Source of the DNA: Octopus vulgaris
Lineage: Eukaryota
Direction: 5' to 3'
Assembly: GCA_951406725.2 (NCBI GenBank)
Contig: OX597814.1
Span: 34,410,001-34,474,000, forward strand
DNA: 64,000 nt
In this document: in pieces, positions 12,995 to 26,456 of the stretch
Position numbering within the stretch: the stretch's first letter is position 1
Layout: each line of letters begins with the position of its first letter
Translations under genes and position numbers: made by a program
Notes under the pieces: generated by a model
The model's database searches: none
Told to the model about the DNA's origin: nothing
What the model saw: only the letters and a program-made list of their open reading frames with translations

Positions 12995-13392
12995 AATTAT
13001 GGAGTAAATTTTAGGGCTTATAAATCTAATTTTCCTATCCTTCCTTAATACCGGTTCCCATATGCTATTCATATTTGCACTCGGTCTGCTTAGGAGGTTG
13101 TTGTGTCCTTGCATGTGTGCTGCTTCTTTTAGTTTTCGTATTTTCTAGTGGTGTTCTCTGTTTATTATTTTAACTTCATCCTACTGGGGTAGGTGGTCCC
13201 CATTTTTCCATACATGATCAGCTATACCCGATTTATTATCTCCTCGTGTCACAGCTTTGCGATGTTCCTCTACACTTATTTTGAGGGGGCGGCATGTTTT
13301 GCCTTTGTATAATCTACCCAGCTGCATGGGATGGAGTACACGCAGTTTTTGGTCATATTCTCTTCTATTGGTGGTTTTAAGTGTTGTATTAC

Positions 13393-13515
13393 TCCTGGAC
13401 GTATTAATAACACGTACCAAGTATGGATTCAGGACATCCTTATACCGAAAGATGACCTCTATTGGACGATACCTCAACTTCAATTCCCACCATCCATACA
13501 GTGTAAAGAGAGGGA
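13393..13515 (+). mobile_element. Penelope-like RT thumb fragment, inverted relative to the adjacent endonuclease
   Basis: LDVLITRTKYGFRTSLYRKMTSIGRYLNFNSHHPYSVKRG matches the PLE pattern LDV...YRKPT..GRYLNFxSHHP. Confidence 0.85.
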
Positions 13516-14949
13516 TGCATGTATCTGTGTGTGTGTGTGCCTGTATGTGTATATATATATGTGTATGAAATCAAATTTTCCAGGATCAACATAGTATTTA
13601 ACGAAGAATGTGAATTTCTAATAAAAACGTTGATATATACAGGACATTAAAAAGAAAATCAAAAGTGTTTATTTGTTCAATGTATCGGCATTTTCATTTA
13701 ACGAAGTACTATATAAACGCACATACAGACTCAAGCACATACTCACACACACTTGTGCACATACATACAATGAAAGAATAGTTTTAATTGTAAATAGCTA
13801 AATGCACTTGTTATAAAGATAAGACAATATTTACATCCCAATAATCACGTTTTGGAATGACTATTGGGATGAACTGCTCGCTCTACTTTGAGGAAATACT
13901 CTGCAGTTATTGTTTCATGTAGTTTGGTAGCTGTTTTGTATTGACACTCGTGATGAGTCTACATTTCGAGATTAATTATTCAATTTTTTTTCTTGAGCTT
14001 GTGCCAAAATATTGTAGTTTTCTACTGATTAAAGAAAACGATCCTTAGAATCTATAAATTTAGGAATTTTGGTATTAGTAATTTTATTGCTGTATTATTT
14101 TCGCCGTTCTCTTTTGATAAAACATTGTATTCTTGTTTTCTGAGGAAGCAGTAGGAGTATTGTATGTAGCAGGCTTAAATAAGTCTTGTGCGACCTTCGT
14201 TTTTGCTGTTATGTGTTTAGCGGAATAAATAATACTCTTCATTAAGCAATTGCTGTTAAGTAGACAATAACAGAGTTTAATTGTAATTGCATTCTAAAAA
14301 TAGAAAACTAAAACTAGCTAAATAAATGACACATAATAGATGTATTAGTGGAAGAAGTGCCATGTCACGTCATAAAAGTGAAAATACAAACTAAGGTGGA
14401 CATAACTACAGGGTTTTAAGAAAGGGTATTGTTCATCAGTATATAACTTAAGAGATGCTATACATAGGCACAAATATAAGCTATCCATTAAAGAAACAAG
14501 AATTAATTTTGCATTGCTGGTACAACATAAATAGTACTTTAAGAATAGCAAAACAATACAGTCATTAATGAATAATTATTTAAGAGAAATATGTAAAACA
14601 AACTCGCGAGGACAGGAAAGTGTATATTATAACCTTTTTGTAAGTCGTAGAGGGTGAATGATAGTTTTTGTTACAATCTTTTGCAGGAAACCTCTCGTAG
14701 CGCTTGTGTGACATTTTAGATTGTGAATTTAAAACGCACTCGGATATTCAACAGACATGTACATACACACATGTACACACATACACATATATACACACAT
14801 ATACACTATTCTGAGTCATCCATTATATATGAATGTTTAAATATGTATTAAAATAAACTTAGAATAAACTTTGGCAGTCGACATTATAAGTATATGAATA
14901 GACAAACATAAATGCATTCATATATGTAAATCTGTATGCTATGTATGTA

Positions 14950-14968
14950 CAATAAATATATACAAATA

Positions 14969-15050
<82 letters not shown>

Positions 15051-15520
15051 TATATATGTATATATATATTCATATATGTGTCTGCATATTATACACATAC
15101 ATACATACATGTACGTATATATGTATATAATACATACATACATATATATATATATGTGCGTGTGCGTGTGTGAGTGTGTCGTATACATACACACACACAT
15201 ATTCACACACACACACATACATTGACACACAATTTTTGATACGCATTATGGTGAACTTAATGTTTCGTAGCCGACTCTGTGCATGTATGTATGTATGTAT
15301 GTATGTATGTATGTATGTATGTATGTATGTATGTATGTATGTATGTACGTGTGTGTGTATATGTATGTATATATGTATGTATGTATGTATGTATGAATGT
15401 ATGTACATATATGAATATATATGAATATATAAATATATATATGAATACCCCCACACACATGCACACACACATACACATATGTAGATGCGTGTGTGTGTGT
15501 GTGCGCGTATGGATGATTCA
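14950..15520. repeat. Compound (TA)n/(CA)n/(TATG)n microsatellite field
   Basis: Seen directly; source of several spurious ORFs. Confidence 0.9.
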
Positions 15521-15685
15521 GAATGAATATGCTAAAAACCCAGTTATTTCCACATGGACAATTTCTTGGGATGACTCACTGTGGTTATAGCTGTGATGTT
15601 TCTTGATATTTAACTTTTTTCTTGTTCAAAGAAGCACATATATACATGGACATACATATACTTATATGTACATAAACACACACAC

Positions 15686-15760
<75 letters not shown>

Positions 15761-16271
15761 TTGAGTGCATAAAATGTCGGCCTGTTTGTTGAAATGTAGT
15801 ATCAGGTTATTGACTGAGTTCTGGATAACGCACCATAACATCTTTTCCACTTATCTGGCAGCAGAGCAAGTCAGAAAAGACAGAGGCAACGAGGGAAGGA
15901 AACAAAAGGTTAGAGAGAGATATATAAGGAGAGATAGAGAAAAAGAGAGAAATAGAGAGAGAGTGTGGTGTGCGAGATAATGTAGGATTGTGTCTAGTGC
16001 CTAATTGAAAATTGATGAGTACTTTGGTGTTCTACAATGCCAAGATAGAATTCTTTCACACTATAATAAAAATAAAAAAGAGAAGCATATAATATTTGAA
16101 ACATACCACCATCGTAGAATATTGCATTTCTCACATACAAAACTAGTGGCCTAACTTATGGAGACGTTATCAATATGTGAATATACATCAACTATCAGTT
16201 CTCTGTTGTTCTGTTGTTCGTGTATCATCTTCATCATACACATACAGGCACCGTCACACGTTTGTGCACAC

Positions 16272-16352
<81 letters not shown>

Positions 16353-17434
16353 CCCCCACACACGTTTCTGCAGACAGAGGCACACGCATGCATACAAAGA
16401 CTACGAATTAACAATCGATATTTATGATTTGGTTCTGGTTGAAAGGTCAACACAAAGAAGTGTCATTTTTTTTTGCTTAGTCTGCCTTTACTCACAACAA
16501 ATTGATAAAAAAAATCAGACAGATAAAAAAAAACGAAAAACGAAAAACCTTTATATTCTCTGTTAAATATAATAATGATTTTCATAATTAAATTTAAGAA
16601 TCCTTTCTTTGCCGTACAACTAATGACGGACACTTCCATGTTCGGATATAGGTTTTGGAATTATAGTTTATTGGATTATAGCTAATCGTTAAAGGAAACA
16701 AAGTTTTCTGCAATCCTGGTAACAGGAAAGTCGAGAACTTAGAATACTTAAGTGGGTAAAACGTCCAATATGTTAGCAATTTACCGATTTAGGAAACTGA
16801 AGTACACACTATACGTCTAACGTGCGTATGAAATGAGTCAATGAAGGATCCAGTACGTGTTGGCTCAACATGCTAAAAATAACTGCCAAATATCCTTCAA
16901 ATCACATCCTGTCATCTTAACAATATACACACACACATATATTTATATATACATACACACATACGCACAAATATCTTAACAACAGAAAAAGGCACATTGG
17001 TGAATTGTAGTCATAGACAATCTATGTCTGAATAAAAAAGACAAGATAGTTCTATGTAGAATCAAAGATCTTGATCTGATGGATCCAATGAGAATTGATA
17101 TGCATCTAACGAACAGCCTCAACAACAGCAAAACAACATGAAATTATAATTGTGCAAAGATATAAGAGAGAACAGATTGTTTCTTGATGGTTTTTGGAGA
17201 TTGATTCTATATTATTTTATGAAAGAAGATCGTTTGCTATAAAATTTAGAGCAAAACAATACAAAGCAAAAGAAAAAAAAGGACAAAAACAAAAACACCA
17301 AAACATGCACAAAATAAGCCAAAAGCAAAACAAACGAAACATAAATAAAGCAATTCGTTGTTGTTTACTTTCGGAGCAATGTTTTCGAAGTTCACAATGT
17401 CTCTTGTTATCCTTTAGGTTGAAAAGCTGTTTAT

Positions 17435-17717
17435 GTATACACATACATACATACATACATACATACATACATACATACATACATACATACATACATACAT
17501 GCATACATACATACATACATACATACATACATACATACATACATACATACATGCATGCATGCATGAATGCATGCATGCATGCATGCATACATACACCCAT
17601 ACATACATACATACATACATACATACATACATACATACATACACATACACATATACATACATACATACATACATACATACATACATACATACATACATAC
17701 ATACATACATACATACA
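17435..17717. repeat. (TACA)n microsatellite with CATG variants
   Basis: Seen directly. Confidence 0.95.
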
Positions 17718-18260
17718 TGGTGCTATAGCTAGAACACTCTATAATGAAATCCGCCGGAAGGATAATCTCAAGGACAAAGAAATAAAAACCTACAGTATGG
17801 TGGAAGCCATAGCCATTCATAATAAAACGGAGTACTGGTGGAATGTCTCAGGGAAGACCTCAATAAAATGTAAGCACAACAGATCTGATATAATGATTTG
17901 GGAGAGAGAAGAGAACTGTGCACAGTTGTGGAAATTAGCTGCCCAGCGGATGTTAACATAGAGCTGACGATCAGTGAAAAAGAGAATACCTACGCTGAAC
18001 TATTGAGAAATCTGCAGTTACTCTATCCAGATCACAAGTTCAGGTTTACACCTATAATTATTCAGTCCCTGGGATATACAACACACTGTCTAAATACTAG
18101 TCTTGAGAAATTAGGCTTCTCAAAACCAGAAAGGAGAAAGATAATTTGAAGACTACAGATCCAATCCATAATTGGAGTGTAAAAATCTGTAAAACTTTTC
18201 TGAAGTTTATCATTTAGATGTATATGAGCATGTCTAGATATGCAACTATATAAAGCAAAA
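17718..18260 (+). mobile_element. 5'-truncated REL-endonuclease non-LTR retrotransposon (R2/R4/NeSL-like) inside (TACA)n
   Basis: EYWWNVSGKTSIKCKHNRSDIMIW../..VVEISCPADVNIELTISEKENTYAEL..PIIIQSLG gives the (R)PD-D/E-K-KY restriction-like endonuclease pattern. Frameshifted; (ACAT)n on both sides. Confidence 0.85.
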
Positions 18261-18475
18261 CATACGTATCTGCACATATTCATGCATACATACTTACGTA
18301 CGTACATAGATGCGTACGTACGTACATACATACATACATACATACATACATACATACACATATGTGTGTATGTGTTATATATATATCTTATATATATATA
18401 TTGGTAAAAGCGGTAAGATAACTAAAGAAAGAAAGAGACCTCAATATTATGTAAATAGAGGAAATTTATCTATAA

Positions 18476-18620
18476 AATAATATGTTACAATTATTCAATA
18501 GTAAAAATAAAACTCTGAGTTTCAGATGCCGAAGATAACCGAAGAGATGGTGTTATGGATTTCCACTTCGGCATCTGAAACTCAGAGTTTTATCTTGACT
18601 ATTGAATAATTGTAACATAT

Positions 18621-18624
<4 letters not shown>
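18476..18624. repeat. Fold-back hairpin with 59-bp arms (2 mismatches) enclosing a hammerhead-like motif
   Basis: 18476-18534 is the reverse complement of 18566-18624. Plus strand reads GATAA-CCGAAGA-GATG..CATC-T-GAAAC-TCAGA-GTT-TTATC. Confidence 0.85.
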
Positions 18625-18670
<46 letters not shown>

Positions 18671-19100
18671 GTATCTGGTCTTGGGTGCTCAACTCGTCAG
18701 AAAAGACAAATGCACAGAATATTTGTTTGGCGATGAAACTAAAAAGGATTATTGTTTATTGGCTTTGTTCTGGGGAGGGATTTGTGACCATGATCTTTGC
18801 TCACACACAGACTCACGCTCACACACGCATACACAAACATTATGAACTATATGCATGAGAATACATAAAAATAGTGATAAATGCTATAATGAAAGAAAAC
18901 AACATAGGAGGAGAAATTTGAAAAGCTTTAAAAAAACGGAAAGGCCCTTGACGTTTCTAATTCGGGTCCTTCAGCAGAAGAAGCGTATAGCGGGAAAGTA
19001 AAGGACAAGGCGAAAAGAGAAAAATTAGTTGGAGGAAAAACGAGCTAGGCGTTAGGGGCCAGGTGAGAAGAGGTTCTGTGGAGGGAATTAAGATAGGAGG

Positions 19101-19144
<44 letters not shown>

Positions 19145-19369
19145 ACGTGCGTGCGTGTGTACAAGTGTATAGGAGTACACCCACGTATTGAGATAGCATA
19201 AGAGGGACGTGTATGTGTCTAAAGGGATGCACATATGGAAGTGTAATGATGTGAGATAGTCGGGGTGTGGGTGGTTGGTATGTGTAATCGTACTGTGCGC
19301 GAGAAAACTGTAAGTGTGAGGTGTATATGTGTATTAGTGTGTGTACGTATATATATATGTTGGTTTTGA

Positions 19370-19420
<51 letters not shown>

Positions 19421-19443
19421 GTTGATTTTGAAATATATATATA

Positions 19444-19603
19444 AGGAGTGGCTATGTGGTAAGTAGCTTGCTTACCAGCCACATGGTTCCGGGTTCATAC
19501 CCACTGCGTGGCTTTTTCGGCAAGTTTCTTCTACTGTAGCCTCGGGCCGACCAAAGCCTTATGAGTGGATTTGGCAGACAGAAACTGAAAGAAACCCGTC
19601 GTA

Positions 19604-19644
<41 letters not shown>

Positions 19645-19860
19645 GTGTGTATGTCTGTGTGTCTGTGTTTGTCCCCCCCCCCAACATCGCTTGACAGCCA
19701 ATGGTGGTATGTTCACATCCCCGTAACTTGGCGATAGAATAAATACTAGGCTTCCAAAGAATAAGTCCTGGAGTCGATTTGCTCGACTAAAGGCAGTGCT
19801 CTAGCATAGCAGCAGTCAAATGACCGAAATAAGTAAAAGAGAATAAAAAGAAAGAGAATA
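19444..19860 (+). mobile_element. tRNA-derived SINE, family A
   Basis: Colinear with 8046-8427 and 57407-57810. Confidence 0.9.
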
Positions 19861-20891
19861 TAGATATAGGTAAATATAAATTTATAAATATGGATAATAT
19901 CGATATTTAAATATCGATATTATCAAGTGGCCAGCATGGGAAAAATACCGTACAAAGGTAATTTTTTACAACTAAAAATAAGGGTGTTTGAGAGACACCA
20001 CCATGCCGAAATAGCAGTCAAAACCCTGACTTTAAAAACCACAAATAGATATACATATATGCACATACGTATAGAAAGAGTAAGAGAAAGAGAGAGAGAG
20101 AGAGAAAGATAGATAGAGAGATAGAGAAAGAGAGAGGGAGAGGGAGAGAAAGGGAGGGAGAGAGGGAGAGAGAGAGAGAGAGAAAGAAAGGTAAAATTCG
20201 ACTTGATGTTTCATTATAGAGCAAGCTCATGACTTTATTCATATATATTGTGGGAATTCCGATGCGTAACTTCACATCTTATAAGTCTCAGTATACCAAC
20301 CGAGTTGTTATTAAATCTTCTGGAAATCTATCCGGCTGTTGATTTGCAGACACACTATCCAAAAGTCATACATCATATATCTCAATTCATGGAGAAGTAA
20401 ATTTCATCAATAGACCGGTGAATACAAGATATTCGAGAAAGGATTAACTTAACTTCTATAAGTCGCTAGAGACAGTTATTTTTTTTCTTACCAGAAGACA
20501 GCAGTTTGTGAAATTGTAATAGTTGCATAAAAAAATACAACGTCCATTTTCTAGTGCACTTGTTTTTGCGCTCATATACCATTAACGTTCATTAACCTTG
20601 GTTGGATAAAGAGGAAAGCTGGTCATGCTTAGACACAAGTTCAGAAAACTAGAAATCATCTTGGGTATTCTCAGTAATCATCTTTAACTTTTCGGTGAAA
20701 ATGCCAAAAATAACAGCCGAATTTCTCTGATATTACATCTAAGTGTCTTTAAGAAAAGTAGATAACATTGGCGAATACAGTCGGTTGGAAAAACAAAACA
20801 AAGAAAAAATGCGACTGACTGGTCGTAGTTAGAATTCATTTGATCATAGATTTATCTAGTCGGGGCCTCCCCCGGGATAACCACCACCACC

Positions 20892-20923
<32 letters not shown>

Positions 20924-20938
20924 AAGCAGCAGCAGTAA

Positions 20939-21325
20939 GTGGAGGCGCAATGGACCAATAGTTAGGGCAGCGGACTCACGGTCGGAGGATCGCGGTTTCG
21001 ATTCGCAGACCGGGCGTTGTGTGTATTTATTGAGCGAAAACACCTAAAGAGCTCCACGAGGCTCCAGCAGGGGGTGGTGGCGACCCCTGTTGTACTCTAA
21101 CGCCCCAACTTTCTCTCACTCTTTCTTCCTGTTTCTTGTCCCCGACTTCCTACGCAACCACTGAGCCTGGATGCGCATTCATCCATCCGTCGATGCTCTC
21201 GGTGTCGGGGGCTGGCCTGCTTTCTCTTCTGCGGGTCTTACGAATAGCAAAGGACCACGTTTCGGACTTCTCTCAGTACAGAGGCGCGATCTTGCGAGCT
21301 CTGGGACGAAGACCGCTTCGCTTAA
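20939..21325 (+). mobile_element. tRNA(Arg-like)-headed SINE, family B, body variant 1
   Basis: Head GTGGAGGCGCAATGG..GTTAGGGCAGCGGACTC..GGTTTCGATT..AGACCGGGCG is shared with 59179. The 3' body is unique and ends in (CAG/CAA)n. Confidence 0.85.
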
Positions 21326-21487
21326 CAGCAACAGCAGCAGCAGTGGCAGCAGCTGCAGCAGCAGCAACAACAACAACAACAACACCACCAACAACAAGTT
21401 TCATTGGTCACTCTATTTAAGAACTTCAGTGAAAGCAATGTTGTTGAAATTAACATTAACAACTACGTCAACGATGAAGAAAACAAC

Positions 21488-21521
<34 letters not shown>

Positions 21522-21733
21522 AAAACAATAACAACAACAACAACAACAACTTATAAAAATATAAATAGCCCGCAGAATGGTTTTTAAACAAACATCTATA
21601 CTTCGAATGCTCCTATTTTGATATTTGAAAATCTACACTGTTTACACGAACAATTTATTTATACCAGCTACAAAATATATTTGGGTGCGTTAAGAGACAA
21701 GATTTTAATATACATACATACATACATAATACA

Positions 21734-21805
<72 letters not shown>

Positions 21806-22559
21806 TATACACATATATATATATATATAATATACATATGTATGTGTAGATATATTCATACATACATGCACACACACACACACACAAGTATGTATGCAAA
21901 TAAGTAGATATGTGTGTATACATGTGTGAATATATCTTCCGTCTCCCACTGATTTTATTATGAAAAAACAAAATATTCAAAATTTTACTATCGGTGAATG
22001 CTGCTGCTTCTTTTTCTTTTTCTTTTTTTTTTTTTGATATCGATATTCGCTCTGTGGCTTTCGGTGAATATATTATTATGAATGCACACCTCAAAATGAA
22101 TAAACAAAACTAGTATAGAAAGTAAAAACAAACATTTCAAAACTCCAGCAAAAATACAACCTCAACAATAAAACCCCCGACTGTAACAGACACGAAAACG
22201 ATATTTAATTTTTAAACACAATCTGTCATAACAGGATATATGTAATAGCTACTGTACAATTGTCCGATGCAGTTAATCTATCCCTCTGACGACAGTGTTG
22301 TTATATTACTAAGATATATAATTCCTATCAATAGGTTATAATCAGTACTTCGGTTTATATATTTATTTCTAGATATCCAACAGCTGAAGTTCATGATTAT
22401 GGCTATAATTTTGTATGGTACTGACGTACAAGGGTTTCAAACTTTTATGTATACGTTATGCTTTCATTGTTGATTTTTGATACTCGTATACGATATTGAT
22501 TCATAATTGTTTTTAATGATTTAATGAAAGGGAAGGGGCAGTGCACGCTTATAACGTTC

Positions 22560-22910
22560 ATAGTCTTCTCTCCATCGGTATTGGTGAGACTGTTTCACTT
22601 GATGTTCCTCTTCAACATATTCAAGTGAATGTCAAAAAGCAAAAAGAGACAAGCAAGAACAAAAAAAAATCCTTAGTGGGAATTGAATTACAGATGTCTA
22701 AATGATGTTATGAGATGAAGAATTTTTGGGTTGTTTAGTATGGAGTCTGGATGAGTGAAGATATGGTATGAATGACAAAGGGAAGAGAGAGGGATGAGTT
22801 GGATGGGATTAGGTACAGTCGTGTGCAACTAGTTAGGTTTGTCGTTGAAGTAACGATAGAAAATGCAGAATGAAGGAACTGCAATTCCGTGGCTTAGAGG
22901 ATTCAGCGCT
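22560..22910 (-). mobile_element. Old CR1/Zenon-like LINE 3' end
   Basis: Minus strand encodes LNPLSHGIAVPSFCIFYRYFND, resembling the LxPLSHRRxVxSLxxFYRYY C-terminus of that clade. Confidence 0.55.
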
Positions 22911-23065
22911 TGAACATCCATTTCAGTATGTTTAGAAGTTGAAATCTCTGACTATTGTAACGTGGGAACTAAAACCACCGCTGTTTAAATTTATGCCTAG
23001 TGTTTAGTGGTTTCTTCTATTTATTTGTTTGTTTTATTCCCTATAATAAATTCAGTTTATTGAAA

Positions 23066-23101
<36 letters not shown>

Positions 23102-23656
23102 CGGGAGAGGTGTGAAGGTATGAGTGAATAATAGGATGTGTATATGTGTGTGTGTGAATGTGCGTGTGTGTTTGTGTTTGTGTATTTGTGTGTGTGTATG
23201 TGTGTGTGTGTGTGTGTATGTGTGTGTGTATGTGTGTAAGTGTGTGTGTGTGTGTGTGTGTGTGCATTGTGTTCTCAATTTCCAGTTGAGCTATTTTCCC
23301 TTGTCTGATTGGTTTAGTCTTGAAAAAGTAATTAAAGAAAAAGACTTTCATATTGATCAAAGCTACCACCGTGTATTACAAGACATTTTCAATTTATTCA
23401 TTCCAAACCAGTTTGTAAGAAAAATGGCCAGAGCTAATCCTGTCGCTCCAGATTAGCAAAGAACAAGAATGAATAATTACAATTCTGGTTTGAAATGAAT
23501 TTGATGAAGTCAACTGTCAATTAGGTAATTAGTTTCTGCTAACTGTTAATTCGTACAATATTCATATAGAGTTATTTTGCAATGTTTTATTTTTAGTTTG
23601 CCAACAGAGCATTTGTGTTATATTTCTAGGGTTAAACTGCACACCCCCACACACAC

Positions 23657-23710
<54 letters not shown>

Positions 23711-24023
23711 CGATAAACGTCGCCCTTTTCAAGCCTAACCAGGCTCATGGGCCCGGTTTCCCGGTTTCTGTGGAGTATGTGTTACCCCCAGCTGGTCGGG
23801 ACGCTAGTCCATCGCAGCGTTACTCCAGAAACAGGAAGAGAGAGTGAAAGAAAGTTGTGGCGTAAGAGTACAACAGAGGTCACCACCACCCCCTACAGGA
23901 GCCTCGTGGCGCCTTTATTTAGGTGTTTTCGCTCAATAAACACAACGCCCAGTCTGGGAATCGAAACCGCGATCCTCCCTCCGACCGCGAGTCCGCTGCC
24001 CTAACAAATGGGCCATTGCGCCT
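23711..24023 (-). mobile_element. SINE family B head with V-domain-like body
   Basis: Family B head. Body GCTGCGATGGACTAGCGTCCCGACCAG..CAGAAACCGGGAAACCGG resembles the V-SINE central domain. Confidence 0.8.
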
Positions 24024-26066
24024 ACATACACACACATATATATACTTATATGTTTAGAGTCAATATGTAAACGTTATATTTTCCTTTAGAAGAGACATTT
24101 TTGTAGTAATGTAATTGCTTCTTCTCAGTACCAAATAATTACCATTTGGAAATCCGTTGCAGTTTTGTAGCTGTATCTTTGTAGTTGCACCTTTGTAGCA
24201 ATTTCATTTTTAATGAACTGTACCTTTATCCTATAAAATGTGGTTCAGATTAGAAAACCAAATTAGATTTATATAAAAGTACCTTTCTTTACCTCACCAG
24301 TTGTTTTACAACATATATTTTACTCGCTTTTTCAATTTAGTTTGAAAGAAATGTAGGTAAACAAGTCGAATTTTGCCGTTTAAGGTCATGTGCGTTCATC
24401 TATACCAAAATAGATTATTAGTTTCTTGTACACTTTTAAAATTAAAGTCCCAAAGACATTTAAAAAATTCTCGACATAATTACTTTTAAGCTTAAAATAC
24501 TTCAGCATGTTAAATATATTTTAAAGAATTCTAATCATTTAGCTTATAAAAATAGAGAAAAATGCGGAGAAATACTATCGAGAATATGTTTTTACTTTTA
24601 TTCAATTTGGCAAAATACGTGAAAACGTTGTATAGAAAGTATCAAGGCAGAAGGTAAGAAGAATACAGTTTCAATGGTAAAGAGTTAGCGAATACTTTCA
24701 GCCTTTGAGACGTTGTGTTGATTTTAATTTAACACTTATACACTGCATAGTAATTACTTGGGAAACGTCTGTTTCAATATTTTAAGTAGGGCAGTTGGCT
24801 ATAAATAACAAGAACCTGGAACTGTGCCTACCGAATCTAATGTTCTACTGGTATGGCAAACTTGTATATTCATTTAGTGCCAGTCTCTACTTTTGATTCT
24901 CACCAACTACTATAAATTGTATGAACTGCAACAAACGACCTAAAGGTTGGAAGAATAATTAGACGTGACACTATGAACTTCGTCTAACAGCGTAGTTCTT
25001 ACTTTTGAATTTCTTGTTAAGATTAGGAAATAACTTTTTTTTTTCTTTTTCATAGTTATTGTTAAGAATCTTGTTACACTTCGAATTTCTTTCCGACTGG
25101 TAATCAAAAGAACTGAGTGTTTGATATTGCTTTTCTAATTTAAAAAAAAAAAATAGAAGAAAAAAATATTGATTTGCTAAATTTTTGTTTGCTATTTACA
25201 GATTAAAGATATTTCCTGAAATTTTTAAAATAACAATTTCTATTATTCATCTTTATCCGGTGCAGGAAATATTTTCTCATGGAACAAAATTATTACAATG
25301 TAAAACATTTCTATACAAAATATAACAGCCTCTTTAACCACCTTGAGACGATGATGACTCTTACAGTAATTGTTGCTCAGTATTAATATCATACATTGGC
25401 ACAAAGACACACAGTTGTCGTACTTATTCACGACAGTATAGTGCTGCTACTTATTCTAGCAACTGCAGCGAACACCACGTGGTTGCTCAGCATGCTGGAT
25501 ATAGTGACTAAATCTTTCTCAAAGCTACTGTCTCAAAATTTGAATCACACATTAAATTATGTAATTATCCGCTGTCTGTCACTTACCTACAAGCTTATTA
25601 GGCCGAAAAATTCCTTCGTTTCCATCACAGAGACACACCCCACCCACCTGCTATTAGTAGCTCTTATTTTCAGCTGTGTGGACTGGAATAACATGAAAGC
25701 AAATGTTTTGCCCCAAAACACAATGTACCGGTCAGTTTGGAAAAAAACCCCATCATCTTGTGGTCGTGAATTCGATATCCCTATCCCCTTGTCCACGCTC
25801 CTTTACGTGCAAGTATTTGAATTCAGGACATAAAAGGCCGTAACTAAATGCCACAAAGCACTGTTTTTACTTGTGTACCAGATATATTTTCAACATTGAT
25901 GGTGTTTGAGGTGGCGCTTTGCATCAGTCTCAACGATTCAAACGTGATTCCATTTTCGGTAATATCAAATCGCTTTACAATGGTTCAGTAACTTTTACAG
26001 AAATACACCGTAGTATTTTTGACAAATGTGTCACAACTTTTGTGGAAGGGAGAAGTTGACATAAAT

Positions 26067-26456
26067 GGATGGGAAGCACTCCGTCGGTTACGACGACGAG
26101 GTTCCGGTTGATCCGAATCAACGGAACAGCCTGCTCGTGAAATTAACGTGTAAGTGGCCGAGCACTCCACAGACACGTGTACCCTTAACGTAGTTCTCGG
26201 GGATATTCAGCGTGACACAGAGAGTGACAAGGCCGGCCCTTTGAAATACAGGTACAACAGAAACAGGAAGTAAGAGTGAGAGAAAGTTGTGGTGAAAGAG
26301 TACAGCAGGGATCACCACCGTCCCCTGCCGGAGCCTCGTGGAGCTTTAGGTGTTTTCGCTCAATAAACACTCACAACGCCCGGTCTGGGAATCGAAACCG
26401 CGATCCTATGACCGCGAGTCCGCTGCCCTAACTACTGGGCCATTGCGCCTCCACTT
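26067..26456 (-). mobile_element. Young full-length SINE family B, 12-bp TSD
   Basis: Near-identical inverted copy of 59179-59565. TSD GTTGACATAAAT at 26055-26066 and 26457-26468. Confidence 0.92.

Larger units (their letters stand above)
12745..13393 (-). mobile_element. Penelope-like element 3' part: GIY-YIG endonuclease relic, tRNA-like segment, pLTR with hammerhead
   Basis: Minus-strand translation across a frameshift gives KPPIEENMTKNCVYSIPCS..LYKGKTCRPLKISVEEHRKAVTRGDNKSGIADHVW, a PLE-type GIY-YIG domain. Confidence 0.85.
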
